This document shows positions 8,937 to 17,491 of a stretch of DNA of 64,000 nt, piece after piece. The notes beneath the pieces were generated by a model, which was not told where the DNA came from, did not search any database, and saw nothing but the letters and a program-made list of their open reading frames with translations. The position numbers and the translations under genes were made by a program. The stretch's first letter is position 1; every line of letters starts with the position of its first letter. Origin of the DNA: Candidatus Saccharimonadales bacterium (GTDB lineage: Bacteria; Patescibacteriota; Saccharimonadia; Saccharimonadales; Saccharimonadaceae); the NCBI GenBank assembly GCA_039928925.1, contig JBDSSF010000001.1:267837-331836 (forward strand), given 5' to 3'.

Positions 8937-9596
8937 ATGACAGATTACGAAAAATCTTACGGATACTCTCATGAGCAGGATCCTTTGGCTCATTTAGATT
9001 TTGATGAGCCGGTCGAAATCATCGACGAAGACGGCAGCCACTGGTTGCCGATTGATCTAGAAAATGAACGGCGAGTTATTCTTGAAAAATTTGCTGAACA
9101 TGTATCAAGTATGCAGCTAATCTGCGGGGAAGTCGACACGAATGATACTAATGAGTATCAGGCGTATTGCCACAATCTTTCAGACCTCATAGCCTCAGAT
9201 GAAGCGAGACTCAAACTCGTAGAGGGTGACTGGGTACAGCTAAAAGGGCTTAGCTATGTTGTCCATGTTGGTGGTGGGCATGCGATTGATCCATCCGCAG
9301 TAATTAGGGGGAGATATCAAGGAGTGACGCTTTTTCCATATTACGTCCAGTCTGGTGCAGATATGGTTGAAGAGCTTGCAGCTGGGCTTTATTTTGCCGT
9401 AACTGATGTATCAATGATTTCTGCAGACGGTACGATGAAGATTGAATACGAGCTTGAAGAGGGTAGTCCCGCATTATTAACGCTTCATGGAAAAGATGTG
9501 CAGGTTTACAAACTTGAGCCTCTTGATCGAGATAAAGGTAGGTCTGATCCAGCTGACTCATCGGGAACAAATGACATTGGTTATAGTGAGAACTAG
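8937..9596 (+). CDS. Acidic hypothetical protein, paralog 2 of a local family
   Basis: Same conserved blocks as 8224..8826; TTGCAT-N18-TATTAT-N6-ATG upstream. Confidence 0.65.
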   Translation: MTDYEKSYGYSHEQDPLAHLDFDEPVEIIDEDGSHWLPIDLENERRVILEKFAEHVSSMQLICGEVDTNDTNEYQAYCHNLSDLIASDEARLKLVEGDWVQLKGLSYVVHVGGGHAIDPSAVIRGRYQGVTLFPYYVQSGADMVEELAAGLYFAVTDVSMISADGTMKIEYELEEGSPALLTLHGKDVQVYKLEPLDRDKGRSDPADSSGTNDIGYSEN

Positions 9597-9682
9597 AATA
9601 TTGATAATAAGTATTTGCAGCCTAATTATATAAATATTTATAATTTGCCATCAACTATTTGAGTAGTATGCAAAGTTAAAAC

Positions 9683-9707
9683 GGCCGCGACAGAAATCGT
9701 CGCGGCC
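9683..9707 (-). terminator. Terminator hairpin downstream of 9763..10239
   Basis: GGCCGCGAC-N7-GTCGCGGCC followed on the minus strand by GTTTTAAC. Confidence 0.55.
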
Positions 9708-9762
9708 TACCGTTCTCGGTAAATGAGCTCACTGAAATGAGCGACGCATGGTCGAGTTTCTT

Positions 9763-10239
9763 CTAAATACTCTTGACCATTATTTTGATAGCCCCTAGGA
9801 GATCTTCGAGCTCCTTGATCCTTTTTCGGAGTTTTTCGACCTCGGACTCTTCTCTTTTAGGCATGGTTTCATGGGTTTCAACTGATATTGAACCAAACTT
9901 CACTGCAATATTGATTGCTCCAGAAAGTTCGTTTCGTATCAGTGTCCTGAAGCTAAACGACTGCGAGCGCACATATGCATCTCGCCTGTCTGAAAGAATT
10001 CCATAGCTCTCATTCATGTCCACGTTCAGGGCGTTATTGATGGCGTACGCGCTCTTCGCACCGGTCTTCGCAAGTTCGATACATATCGACTTTAACTTTT
10101 CTAAGACTTCCTGGGCAGTGTCGCAATTGAAGAGTCCACATTCCCAGCTGGAGACATCGTTGTCTCCAGCAAGTCCATTACCTCTGCAAACGCGCTGAAT
10201 GACCCTTACGCGCTCATCGATAGTCCTCTCGGAAATCAT
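9763..10239 (-). CDS. Hypothetical protein (158 aa), C-terminal coiled-coil-like tail
   Basis: ORF track entry; intermediate GC; terminator downstream; no recognisable domain. Confidence 0.5.
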   Translation of the reverse strand: MISERTIDERVRVIQRVCRGNGLAGDNDVSSWECGLFNCDTAQEVLEKLKSICIELAKTGAKSAYAINNALNVDMNESYGILSDRRDAYVRSQSFSFRTLIRNELSGAINIAVKFGSISVETHETMPKREESEVEKLRKRIKELEDLLGAIKIMVKSI

Positions 10240-10370
10240 AAAACCGCCTTCTGTCCTTACCTTATCTATCGCGGATTGCGAAAATATAGGTACTAATTTT
10301 ATTATAGCATATAATTAATATTAAATCAATAATCAGTATAACTACTAAGTTCAGGATATAATATAGAATA

Positions 10371-11651
10371 ATGAATGAAATAATTTGCCCTCACTGTAAA
10401 AAAGCTTTTAAGGTTGATGAAGCAGGATTTGCTGATATTTTAAAGCAAGTTCGTGATCATGAATTTGAGAGTGCTCTTCATGAACGCGTTGAGATGTTAA
10501 AAAAAGAAAAAGAGAACGCAATTAAGCTCGCTGAAGCGAACACAAAGAATCAGTTACAAGTAGATGCGGCAAAAAAAGATGCACAAATTGCTGAACTAAA
10601 AATGCAAAAAGAAGCTGAAATCGCAAAGTTAATTGCGACGAGAAATGCTGATGTATTAGCGATTCAAGCCGCAAAGGACACTGAGCTCGCTCGACTTCAA
10701 GCTCGACTTCAAGCAGCTGAAACTGAAAAGAAACTCGAACTTAGTGAGGCTCTTAATAAAATTGAAAAAGAACGTGATCATATTGCAAATGAACTCAAAA
10801 ATAAGGACACGGAACGCCAATTGCTAGAATCATCATTAAAGGACAAATACGAAGTTGAGCTTCGATCAAAAGATCAAATGATTTCATATTATAAAGATAT
10901 GAAGGCTAAACTATCTACAAAGATGGTAGGTGAGACTCTTGAGCAGCACTGCGAAACCGAGTTTAATAAACTGCGTGCAACTGCATTTCCAAATGCCTAT
11001 TTTGAAAAAGATAATGATGCTAAAACTGGGAGTAAAGGTGACTACATCTACCGTGAAGTAGACGAGTCTAGTAATGAAATTATCTCCATCATGTTTGAAA
11101 TGAAGAACGAGGGAGATGAGACGACTACAAAGCATAAAAATGAAGATTTCCTGCGAGAGTTGGATAAAGATAGAAATGAGAAAAAATGTGAGTATGGTGT
11201 ACTCGTGACACTTCTCGAATCTGAAAGTGAACTTTACAATACTGGTATCGTCGACGTCTCCCATAAATATCCAAAGATGTATGTGATACGTCCACAGTTT
11301 TTTATACCGATCATAACGCTTCTTCGTAACGCTGCTTTGAACTCTATGAAGTATAAATCTGAGCTCGCCCTCGTTAAAGCTCAAAATGTCGATATCACTC
11401 ATTTTGAAGATAATATTAATGCGTTTAAAGAGGGATTTGCAAAGAACTATGATCTTGCAAGCCGTAAGTTTAAAACAGCTATTGATGAGATAGATAAAAC
11501 TATTGATCATCTACAAAAGACTAAAGACGCTCTATTATCATCGGAGAACAATCTTCGCCTTGCTAATAACAAAGCGGAAGATCTAACAATTAAGCGACTA
11601 ACTCGCGGTAATCCAACTATGGCTGTAAAGTTTGAAGATCTTAATAACTGA
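10371..11651 (+). CDS. DUF2130 family protein (zinc ribbon + long coiled coil + PD-(D/E)xK-like C-terminal domain; RmuC-like architecture)
   Basis: N-terminal [32 protein letters not shown] is the DUF2130 signature; ~170 aa of heptad-rich K/E/A/L sequence; GDYIY...IMFEMK nuclease-like motif. Confidence 0.8.
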   Translation: MNEIICPHCKKAFKVDEAGFADILKQVRDHEFESALHERVEMLKKEKENAIKLAEANTKNQLQVDAAKKDAQIAELKMQKEAEIAKLIATRNADVLAIQAAKDTELARLQARLQAAETEKKLELSEALNKIEKERDHIANELKNKDTERQLLESSLKDKYEVELRSKDQMISYYKDMKAKLSTKMVGETLEQHCETEFNKLRATAFPNAYFEKDNDAKTGSKGDYIYREVDESSNEIISIMFEMKNEGDETTTKHKNEDFLRELDKDRNEKKCEYGVLVTLLESESELYNTGIVDVSHKYPKMYVIRPQFFIPIITLLRNAALNSMKYKSELALVKAQNVDITHFEDNINAFKEGFAKNYDLASRKFKTAIDEIDKTIDHLQKTKDALLSSENNLRLANNKAEDLTIKRLTRGNPTMAVKFEDLNN

Positions 11652-11732
11652 GTAATCTGAACCCTGTTTAATTTGCCTCGTTAATGACACTGCTGCTTGC
11701 ACACCGGTCCTGTTTGTTGCTATATTGTGCGG

Positions 11733-12341
11733 ATGACAAGTGCTGACAATAACGAATCGAAACTCTTTGCTGAGCTTGAAAATAGCATGGAGACAGATCT
11801 CTCATCGTGGCGTACAGCACTCTTTGTTTTCTTTGAACAATTTTTACCACTGGTTGTTGATGAATTGGGAAATAAGTTAGGCAGACAAGTCGACTTTCAG
11901 ATTGATACGGATAGGGCTGAAGTATGCGCGATGGTTAGAGAACTTATTGTAGATCACTGGAGATTAATAGGTGATCCACCTGCTGCGCGTGCTATGGTAA
12001 CGGCTTCTGGTCGTGGAATTTTTCAAGTTTATAATGACGTTTATAATAATTTTGATCCTGAGCAAACAAGTGAGTATGCAATATTATCAGGAATATTTAT
12101 AGGTTTCGACGTCCAGGCATATGTAGATCCAGCGTATTTAGATGTAATAAGTGAAGGTGAAGAGGTTAGTCTGGACGTCCAGAGACACTACCAAAAGCCA
12201 TTTGGCCTTCATCTAGTCCTTACTGACGTTAATGTTGTAGATCAGAATACTTATGAACCGCAAGCCTTTGGAGATAAATTAATCTATTTGCCACTCCATT
12301 ATCCTGAAGTTACGCTACGTTCAATATCAGCTCACAAGTAG
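11733..12341 (+). CDS. Hypothetical protein, probable distant third member of the 8224/8937 family
   Basis: C-terminal LHLVLTDVNVV...LIYLPLHYPEVTLRS parallels SLAVTDLWLV...HVLLTLHGPGIEVRK; same TTGCAC-N18-TATATT-N6-ATG promoter geometry. Confidence 0.5.
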   Translation: MTSADNNESKLFAELENSMETDLSSWRTALFVFFEQFLPLVVDELGNKLGRQVDFQIDTDRAEVCAMVRELIVDHWRLIGDPPAARAMVTASGRGIFQVYNDVYNNFDPEQTSEYAILSGIFIGFDVQAYVDPAYLDVISEGEEVSLDVQRHYQKPFGLHLVLTDVNVVDQNTYEPQAFGDKLIYLPLHYPEVTLRSISAHK

Positions 12342-12350
12342 AGCGACGTA

Positions 12351-13337
12351 TCAATTTCGCCGAGAAGCCTTTTTCTTATAATCAGTTTCATCTTCAATTT
12401 CATGTCCAAGAATTTCTTCGATTAAGTCTTCAATCGTTACAATACCAACAATATGGTCATCACGCTCGATTGGAATTAAGTGAGTATGCGCACTTATGAA
12501 TTTACGGAACATAGTATCAAGCGCGGTCATACTTCCAACTATTTTAACGGGATGAAGTGAGAGATCATCAACTGCGATTGGATCATCAAAATCATATGCA
12601 AGTAAATCTTTAATAAGAAGTACACCATAGCAACGTGTGAGATTTGTATCGAAAATTGGTATGCGACTGCGACCTTCACGTTTAATTTTTTCAATAGTTT
12701 TTGTATCGATAATGTAATCTGGGGTTACCCAAAAAACATCGTCAATACTTGTCATAATATCTCGAACTCGTTTTTCGCTCATTTGGAGGACACTTTTAAT
12801 AATTTCAGCCTCGTCTTCATCAAGTTCACTTTCATCGGCATCGATCTGCTCATTGATAATGATGCCCAGTTCACCGCGTGAATGTAGCTCTTGCTTGTGA
12901 TTCCCAACGAGCTTATTAAGTAGTAATTCGAGCGGACGAGAAATAATATATGTTACAAAGACGAGAAACTTTAAAAATGGTGCAAAACGTGCAGTAAATG
13001 CGAGTGCATTTTTAGCAAAAAGTGCTTGTGGGATGACTTCACCAAATATGACAATAAGTAGCGTGCTCACAATTCCGGCGATAAGACCATGAAAATGATC
13101 ATCGAGCACAAGAGATGTAGTCGAGATAACGGCCACGTTGGCAAGCAGGATGCTTGATAGCGTCAGGTGACTTTTACGACGAAGAGGGAGGACACGCTTA
13201 GCGCTTACGTCACCTAGTTTCGCTTTTCGCTTTAGGTCACCAAGTGATAAAGCCATGAGTGATATGTTGAGACCAGAGCAGAGCGCCGATATCGTAATAA
13301 GCGCTAATATTTCAAAAATAAGAATGAGGATACTCAT
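12351..13337 (-). CDS. CNNM/DUF21 transmembrane domain + CBS-pair protein (hemolysin/CorB-like, no CorC_HlyC domain)
   Basis: N-terminal DUF21 pattern (ALCSGLNISLMALS, multiple TM helices) followed by a CBS-type region (VRDIMTSIDDVFWV..., IVGIVTIEDLIEEILG). Confidence 0.85.
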   Translation of the reverse strand: MSILILIFEILALITISALCSGLNISLMALSLGDLKRKAKLGDVSAKRVLPLRRKSHLTLSSILLANVAVISTTSLVLDDHFHGLIAGIVSTLLIVIFGEVIPQALFAKNALAFTARFAPFLKFLVFVTYIISRPLELLLNKLVGNHKQELHSRGELGIIINEQIDADESELDEDEAEIIKSVLQMSEKRVRDIMTSIDDVFWVTPDYIIDTKTIEKIKREGRSRIPIFDTNLTRCYGVLLIKDLLAYDFDDPIAVDDLSLHPVKIVGSMTALDTMFRKFISAHTHLIPIERDDHIVGIVTIEDLIEEILGHEIEDETDYKKKASRRN

Positions 13338-13363
13338 GTAACTGAATAGGAATTATATAGTTG

Positions 13364-13837
13364 TTAGTCTTGTTTGTATAGACTTATTCTTGTTGATGAA
13401 GCGCTTGATTGTCGAACAACACAGACAGGCTCGAAGCCTTCGCTATCTTCTATTTCTGGCGACGCACAAACGATAACACCGAGGTATTGCCCACTTGGTA
13501 GTGTTCTTTGAAATACAACCGGACCAGCGCATTTAACAGCGTATTCACCCATCTGTTTCTTTATACTGATTATTTCAGCGTTAGTTTCCTCAATAGATTC
13601 ACCAAGCTCCCCGCGTAGTCGATGACTTATTTCATTAATTGATGAATCATCATCAGGTTCAGCCGACTTCCCGTGTTCTTCTTCGAAAATGATTTTTGCT
13701 TGCTGTTCGGGTTGATTGCCCATGCATGTCATGATATTTTCATCATTTTCTGTCTCAAGATCGGCAATTTCAATCATTGCGTTGTGCTGCACTGGACATG
13801 CCGCACAAACACGGGGGTTCATTAATTCCATAATCAC
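13364..13837 (-). CDS. Hypothetical acidic protein (157 aa)
   Basis: ORF track entry only; same strand and directly upstream of the CNNM gene. Confidence 0.4.
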   Translation of the reverse strand: MIMELMNPRVCAACPVQHNAMIEIADLETENDENIMTCMGNQPEQQAKIIFEEEHGKSAEPDDDSSINEISHRLRGELGESIEETNAEIISIKKQMGEYAVKCAGPVVFQRTLPSGQYLGVIVCASPEIEDSEGFEPVCVVRQSSASSTRISLYKQD

Positions 13838-13970
13838 ATATTTATATCATATTTACTGATCATTCTCAACTTGCAGATGAATTTATGTGCTAAATATTCT
13901 TTCCGTCCAAGGTAGTATTAAGACGAGCTAGGTAAAGTGACTAAAGAACACATATGAAAGGAGGGCATGA

Positions 13971-14234
13971 ATGAATAAAGTACAAAGACTAATTCTAGGA
14001 TCGGCCAGTATTGGAATATTTAGTGTATCAAGCATCAGTGCTATGGCAGCGCTTGCTGCAAGTACAGTGACATCCTCTACTGGGAGGACATCGAAAATAG
14101 TTGAATCGGAGGCTGTAAATACGACGAATACGATCGATGCTTATAGTGACGATACTAGTGAGGAAACAATCGCTATGGATATAACAGGCATAAGATCACT
14201 AAGTGATAGTCGGCAGAAAGAGGAATACAGCTAA
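13971..14234 (+). CDS. Small secreted hypothetical protein (87 aa)
   Basis: Strong SD (AAGGAGGgcatgaATG); signal-peptide-like N-terminus ending AMAALAAS. Confidence 0.5.
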   Translation: MNKVQRLILGSASIGIFSVSSISAMAALAASTVTSSTGRTSKIVESEAVNTTNTIDAYSDDTSEETIAMDITGIRSLSDSRQKEEYS

Positions 14235-14283
14235 CCAGTTATGGTTTTTATTTTTATTGAAATGCAGTAGGATTGAAAATACT

Positions 14284-14697
14284 ATGGGCATACAAGGCGG
14301 AGAACTCACTACACTAGCTGCATATAATAGACAGCTAGAACAGCGTATTAAAGAACAGGACATTAACAACGTTGATGTCTATAGCGCCATGCTACGACTT
14401 ACAAGTAAAAAGTATGAGGCGCTGAGGCTACCTGTAATGTTAGATAATATTACAGCTCGACCAAGCGGTGTCTATGTCGTAAGCCTCTGCATGCTCGATG
14501 AACATTTTAAGAAAATGCTGACAACAGGGGGCATGATGATTGATGGTATGTGGATGCCAGCAAGAGATGACCCTTTTAAATTTGAACGTCCAATAAACGG
14601 TAGAGCGGTTGAAGGATACCTTACGGACTATTCGGATGGCGTTGATATAAGTGAACTTATGAATAAAGAACTGATTTCTGCTTCAGTAACTGAATGA
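14284..14697 (+). CDS. Hypothetical protein (137 aa from internal ATG)
   Basis: ORF 14203..14697; I prefer ATG 14284 because it avoids overlap with 13971..14234; no domain recognised. Confidence 0.4.
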   Translation: MGIQGGELTTLAAYNRQLEQRIKEQDINNVDVYSAMLRLTSKKYEALRLPVMLDNITARPSGVYVVSLCMLDEHFKKMLTTGGMMIDGMWMPARDDPFKFERPINGRAVEGYLTDYSDGVDISELMNKELISASVTE

Positions 14698-14849
14698 TGA
14701 ATTGCTATAATACTATAATTATGTTATAGTTTTATCATAATCTAAACCTTTTTTGCATAGAATTGCTCGTTTACAATAATTGTCATTTTATATCCACTCA
14801 TCAAGTGGACCACATACTTTTGTGGAAGCGACTACAGATAGGAAATCAC

Positions 14850-15803
14850 ATGACTTGGTGGAATCGTCGCAAGACGGTACCCGAAGCAACACCCGTTTTT
14901 GCCACCGCGCAGCCAATGCCGTGCAAGACCATGGTGACGGGGCCGATGCAGATCAGGCGCTCTGTGCAGTACGGATACGATACCGGCAAGCCAGCCGTTG
15001 ATCTTTCCAAGCACGCTCCAGAAACCGTCCAGCTTGTGAAGGGCCCGTACTACGCGGCTCAAGCGGCACTGAAGGCGGTAGGACTCTTCGGTGTCCGAAT
15101 CAAGATCATCGTGATGGTCGATGGTTCGGGCTCGATGAAAGGGGCCTACGCGGAGCAGGATGTGCAGAAGATGCTCAATAGGGCACTCGGGTTCGCTCTG
15201 AACCTGGACCCGAGCAAATCCATCTCTGTATTCACATACGGCACAAGTGTTAGCCGTCCGGTTCTCATCGAACTCTCGAACTACAGCAGTGCGGGCACCC
15301 TGATCAAACCTGACTTTGGGTGCACAAACATGGCACTCGGGTTCGAGCAGGCTCTCGATATCGCTCGCAATTCCGAAATCCGGCTACCGACCATGGTGAT
15401 CAATATCACCGACGGTGATCCCAACGATGGGGTCAGTAAGATCATGGCTCAAAAGGCCATGACTCGCTCCGTAGTAAGTTCGTCATGCGAACCAATTCAG
15501 GTCAAGAACTTGGCTGTGAAGAGTGTTCCGTATCTCGAAACGATCGACGATCTACAGAGTTGGTACGAGGTTCGTAAGGACAACAGTGGAAACACAGTCC
15601 ATGATCATGAGGGTCACGTCATCCTCGACTACAATCCGAAAGGAGTACGACTGATCGACAACGTTGATTCACAGAAGGTCAGTCCTGGGGACTCGGACCA
15701 GAGATGGGCCGAAGCATTTGCCGGCGAGGTGCGTGACTGGCTCGATGCTAGTGCACAGGTTGGTTTGATCACTGGAGTTCCAGGGATCGACCGTCGCTAC
15801 TGA
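14850..15803 (+). CDS. von Willebrand factor A (vWA) domain protein, TerY-like, high-GC
   Basis: MIDAS motif VMVDGSGSM, later GCTNM and INITDGDPNDG; GC content jumps exactly at ATG 14850, while upstream sequence is AT-rich. Confidence 0.8.
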   Translation: MTWWNRRKTVPEATPVFATAQPMPCKTMVTGPMQIRRSVQYGYDTGKPAVDLSKHAPETVQLVKGPYYAAQAALKAVGLFGVRIKIIVMVDGSGSMKGAYAEQDVQKMLNRALGFALNLDPSKSISVFTYGTSVSRPVLIELSNYSSAGTLIKPDFGCTNMALGFEQALDIARNSEIRLPTMVINITDGDPNDGVSKIMAQKAMTRSVVSSSCEPIQVKNLAVKSVPYLETIDDLQSWYEVRKDNSGNTVHDHEGHVILDYNPKGVRLIDNVDSQKVSPGDSDQRWAEAFAGEVRDWLDASAQVGLITGVPGIDRRY

Positions 15804-15825
15804 TCGACATCTGTACGTCGCTGAC

Positions 15826-15858
15826 GATACACCCGGAGAAACGCTCTTCGGGTGTATC
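15826..15858 (+). terminator. Hairpin after the vWA gene
   Basis: GATACACCCG-N13-CGGGTGTATC. Confidence 0.5.
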
Positions 15859-16013
15859 GAATGCAACATTTTTATGATTGGATATAAGATGATATTTGAG
15901 CAAATTGATATATAACATACTTTAAAATACTATTGATCATAAAGCATAAATATGATATTATACTAATTATTGAAACAATAGTTTCATGTAGCCAAGTACA
16001 GAAAGAAGACGTC

Positions 16014-16634
16014 ATGTCTCTCTCGCTCATCAAGGGAACGCCCGCCGAGCCGCTCGTCAACCCCAACGGACACGCCGTCAGCAAGCTGACCGTCGGTGTC
16101 GGCTGGGACAAGTCGTCCGGCGGCAAGAAGGGCTTCGCAGGAATGCTCAGCCGTGCGAAAGGGATCGATCTCGATCTCGCCGGTCTGGTGTACGACAACA
16201 CCGGGTCGGGCGTACGAGTCTGCGGCTTCGACACCCCTGATCTCTTCGGCGGCGGCATGCACCACACTGGTGACAACAAGACCGGAAAGGGCGACGGAAT
16301 CGACGAGTCGATGGAAATCGATCTCGACCGACTGCCGCCCAACATCACCGGGATCGTCGTCACCCTGAACGCCTTCAAGAAGGGTGTGTCGTTCGCGAAC
16401 ATCGCCGGCGCCGACTGCTTCTTCTCCGAGAACTTCGGGAAGGATCTGTTCGGCCTCGGCCAGTTCGCCGTCCCGATCGACGATGCGACCAAGAACACCA
16501 TCTTCATGGCGCGCATCCTGCGCGACGCGACGAGTGGTGGTTGGACGATCAAGGTCGTCAATGCCATGGGCTCAGCGATCAACGGTGACCCGCGTCAGCT
16601 CCTCAGCGTCGGAAAGGCCTACCTGACGGTCTGA
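16014..16634 (+). CDS. terD: TerD-family (tellurium-resistance/Ca-binding TerD domain) protein, high-GC
   Basis: MSLSLIKG..., KLTVGVGWD, GIDLDLAGLVYD, HTGDNKTGKGDGIDESMEIDLDRLPPNITGIVVTLN match the TerD-domain pattern; G/C strongly preferred in third codon positions. Confidence 0.85.
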   Translation: MSLSLIKGTPAEPLVNPNGHAVSKLTVGVGWDKSSGGKKGFAGMLSRAKGIDLDLAGLVYDNTGSGVRVCGFDTPDLFGGGMHHTGDNKTGKGDGIDESMEIDLDRLPPNITGIVVTLNAFKKGVSFANIAGADCFFSENFGKDLFGLGQFAVPIDDATKNTIFMARILRDATSGGWTIKVVNAMGSAINGDPRQLLSVGKAYLTV

Positions 16635-16698
16635 CCGCTTCGCTAAGCGAGCAACGAGTCACCGCCTAGAAAACGAAAACTCAATCTGAAAGGCTACA

Positions 16699-16722
16699 CG
16701 GCCATCCCTTCTGGGATGGCCG
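16699..16722 (+). terminator. Terminator hairpin after terD
   Basis: CGGCCATCCC-TTCT-GGGATGGCCG followed by CTTTCAATTTC. Confidence 0.55.
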
Positions 16723-16755
16723 CTTTCAATTTCAGAAATAAGATAGATCTTTAAT

Positions 16756-16776
16756 GTACTATACAAAGTATAGTAC
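16756..16776. promoter_or_regulatory. Operator-like perfect palindrome overlapping the -35 region upstream of the FMN reductase gene
   Basis: GTACTATAC-AAA-GTATAGTAC; TATACT -10 box at 16783-16788. Confidence 0.4.
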
Positions 16777-16870
16777 TGGTGGTATACTTAGATTAGTAAT
16801 ACAGCTCGTGACCGAATGGTCCGCCGTATGCAAAGTTATTTATACAATCTAATCGAAGGAGTTATTACTA

Positions 16871-17413
16871 ATGTCAAACATTCTTATCGTCACAGGTAGC
16901 GCGCGCGAACTTAGCGTCGGCAATAAAATTGCAACAATCGTTCAAGAAGAACTTCAAAATTATGATGACGTCACCGCAACTATCGCAAATTTAAAAGAAA
17001 TTGATTTGCCATTCTTTGACAATGAAACAGCTCCATCAGCACCAAACTTTTCGACTAGTAATGAAAAAGTACTTTCATGGACAAAGATGGTAGCGGATGC
17101 TGATACAGTTCTTCTCCTTATGCCTGAGTACAACCACTCACTTAGCGGCATTCAGAAAAATGCAATCGACTGGATATCTGCAGAATGGAATGAAAAACCA
17201 GTTAGTATTATTGGTTACGGATGGGGTGGCGCGGCGCTTGCTCATATCACCGCTAAGGAAGTATTTAGTAACCTCAAAGCAAAGTTACTCCCAACAACAA
17301 CACACCTTCACTTCATGAAACAACTAAACCCAGATGGTTCAGCTGTAGATGGTCAGGATATCGCTGAGCAGATTAAATTAACTCTCGATGAACTTGTCGG
17401 CAACCTAAAGTAG
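16871..17413 (+). CDS. NAD(P)H-dependent FMN reductase (flavodoxin-like fold)
   Basis: ILIVTGSAR..., LLLMPEYNHSLSGIQKNAIDW family pattern; SD GGAG upstream. Confidence 0.8.
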   Translation: MSNILIVTGSARELSVGNKIATIVQEELQNYDDVTATIANLKEIDLPFFDNETAPSAPNFSTSNEKVLSWTKMVADADTVLLLMPEYNHSLSGIQKNAIDWISAEWNEKPVSIIGYGWGGAALAHITAKEVFSNLKAKLLPTTTHLHFMKQLNPDGSAVDGQDIAEQIKLTLDELVGNLK

Positions 17414-17437
17414 CCATCACCACGTCGTTATATGGAA

Positions 17438-17466
17438 AAGGCCACTCGAAACTATCGAGTGGCCTT
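17438..17466. terminator. Bidirectional terminator hairpin between convergent genes
   Basis: AAGGCCACTCGA-AACTA-TCGAGTGGCCTT, 12-bp perfect stem. Confidence 0.6.
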
Positions 17467-17491
17467 CGCCTTTTCTGCCTTGTTCTCCGCA

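Noticed and set aside
9668-9680. 13-nt match GTATGCAAAGTTA shared between 9668 and 16827
   Set aside because: It is a single short AT-rich match with no flanking similarity, so it is most likely chance.
10911-11510. 199-aa ORF antisense to the DUF2130 gene
   Set aside because: Low-complexity Ile/Phe/Lys-rich mirror of an AT-rich, coiled-coil-coding sense strand. The sense frame has the family signature.
14780-15062. Short ORFs 14780..15001(+) and 14832..15062(-) at the 5' end of the vWA gene
   Set aside because: Shadow ORFs of the GC-rich vWA frame, with no independent signals.
15872-16582. 236-aa minus-strand ORF, plus 15984..16265(-), 16096..16368(+) and 16384..16626(+), all overlapping terD
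   Set aside because: High-GC DNA lacks stop codons in off-frames. Their sequences are low-complexity Arg/Pro/Ser/Ala-rich, whereas the 16014..16634 frame gives a clean TerD domain.
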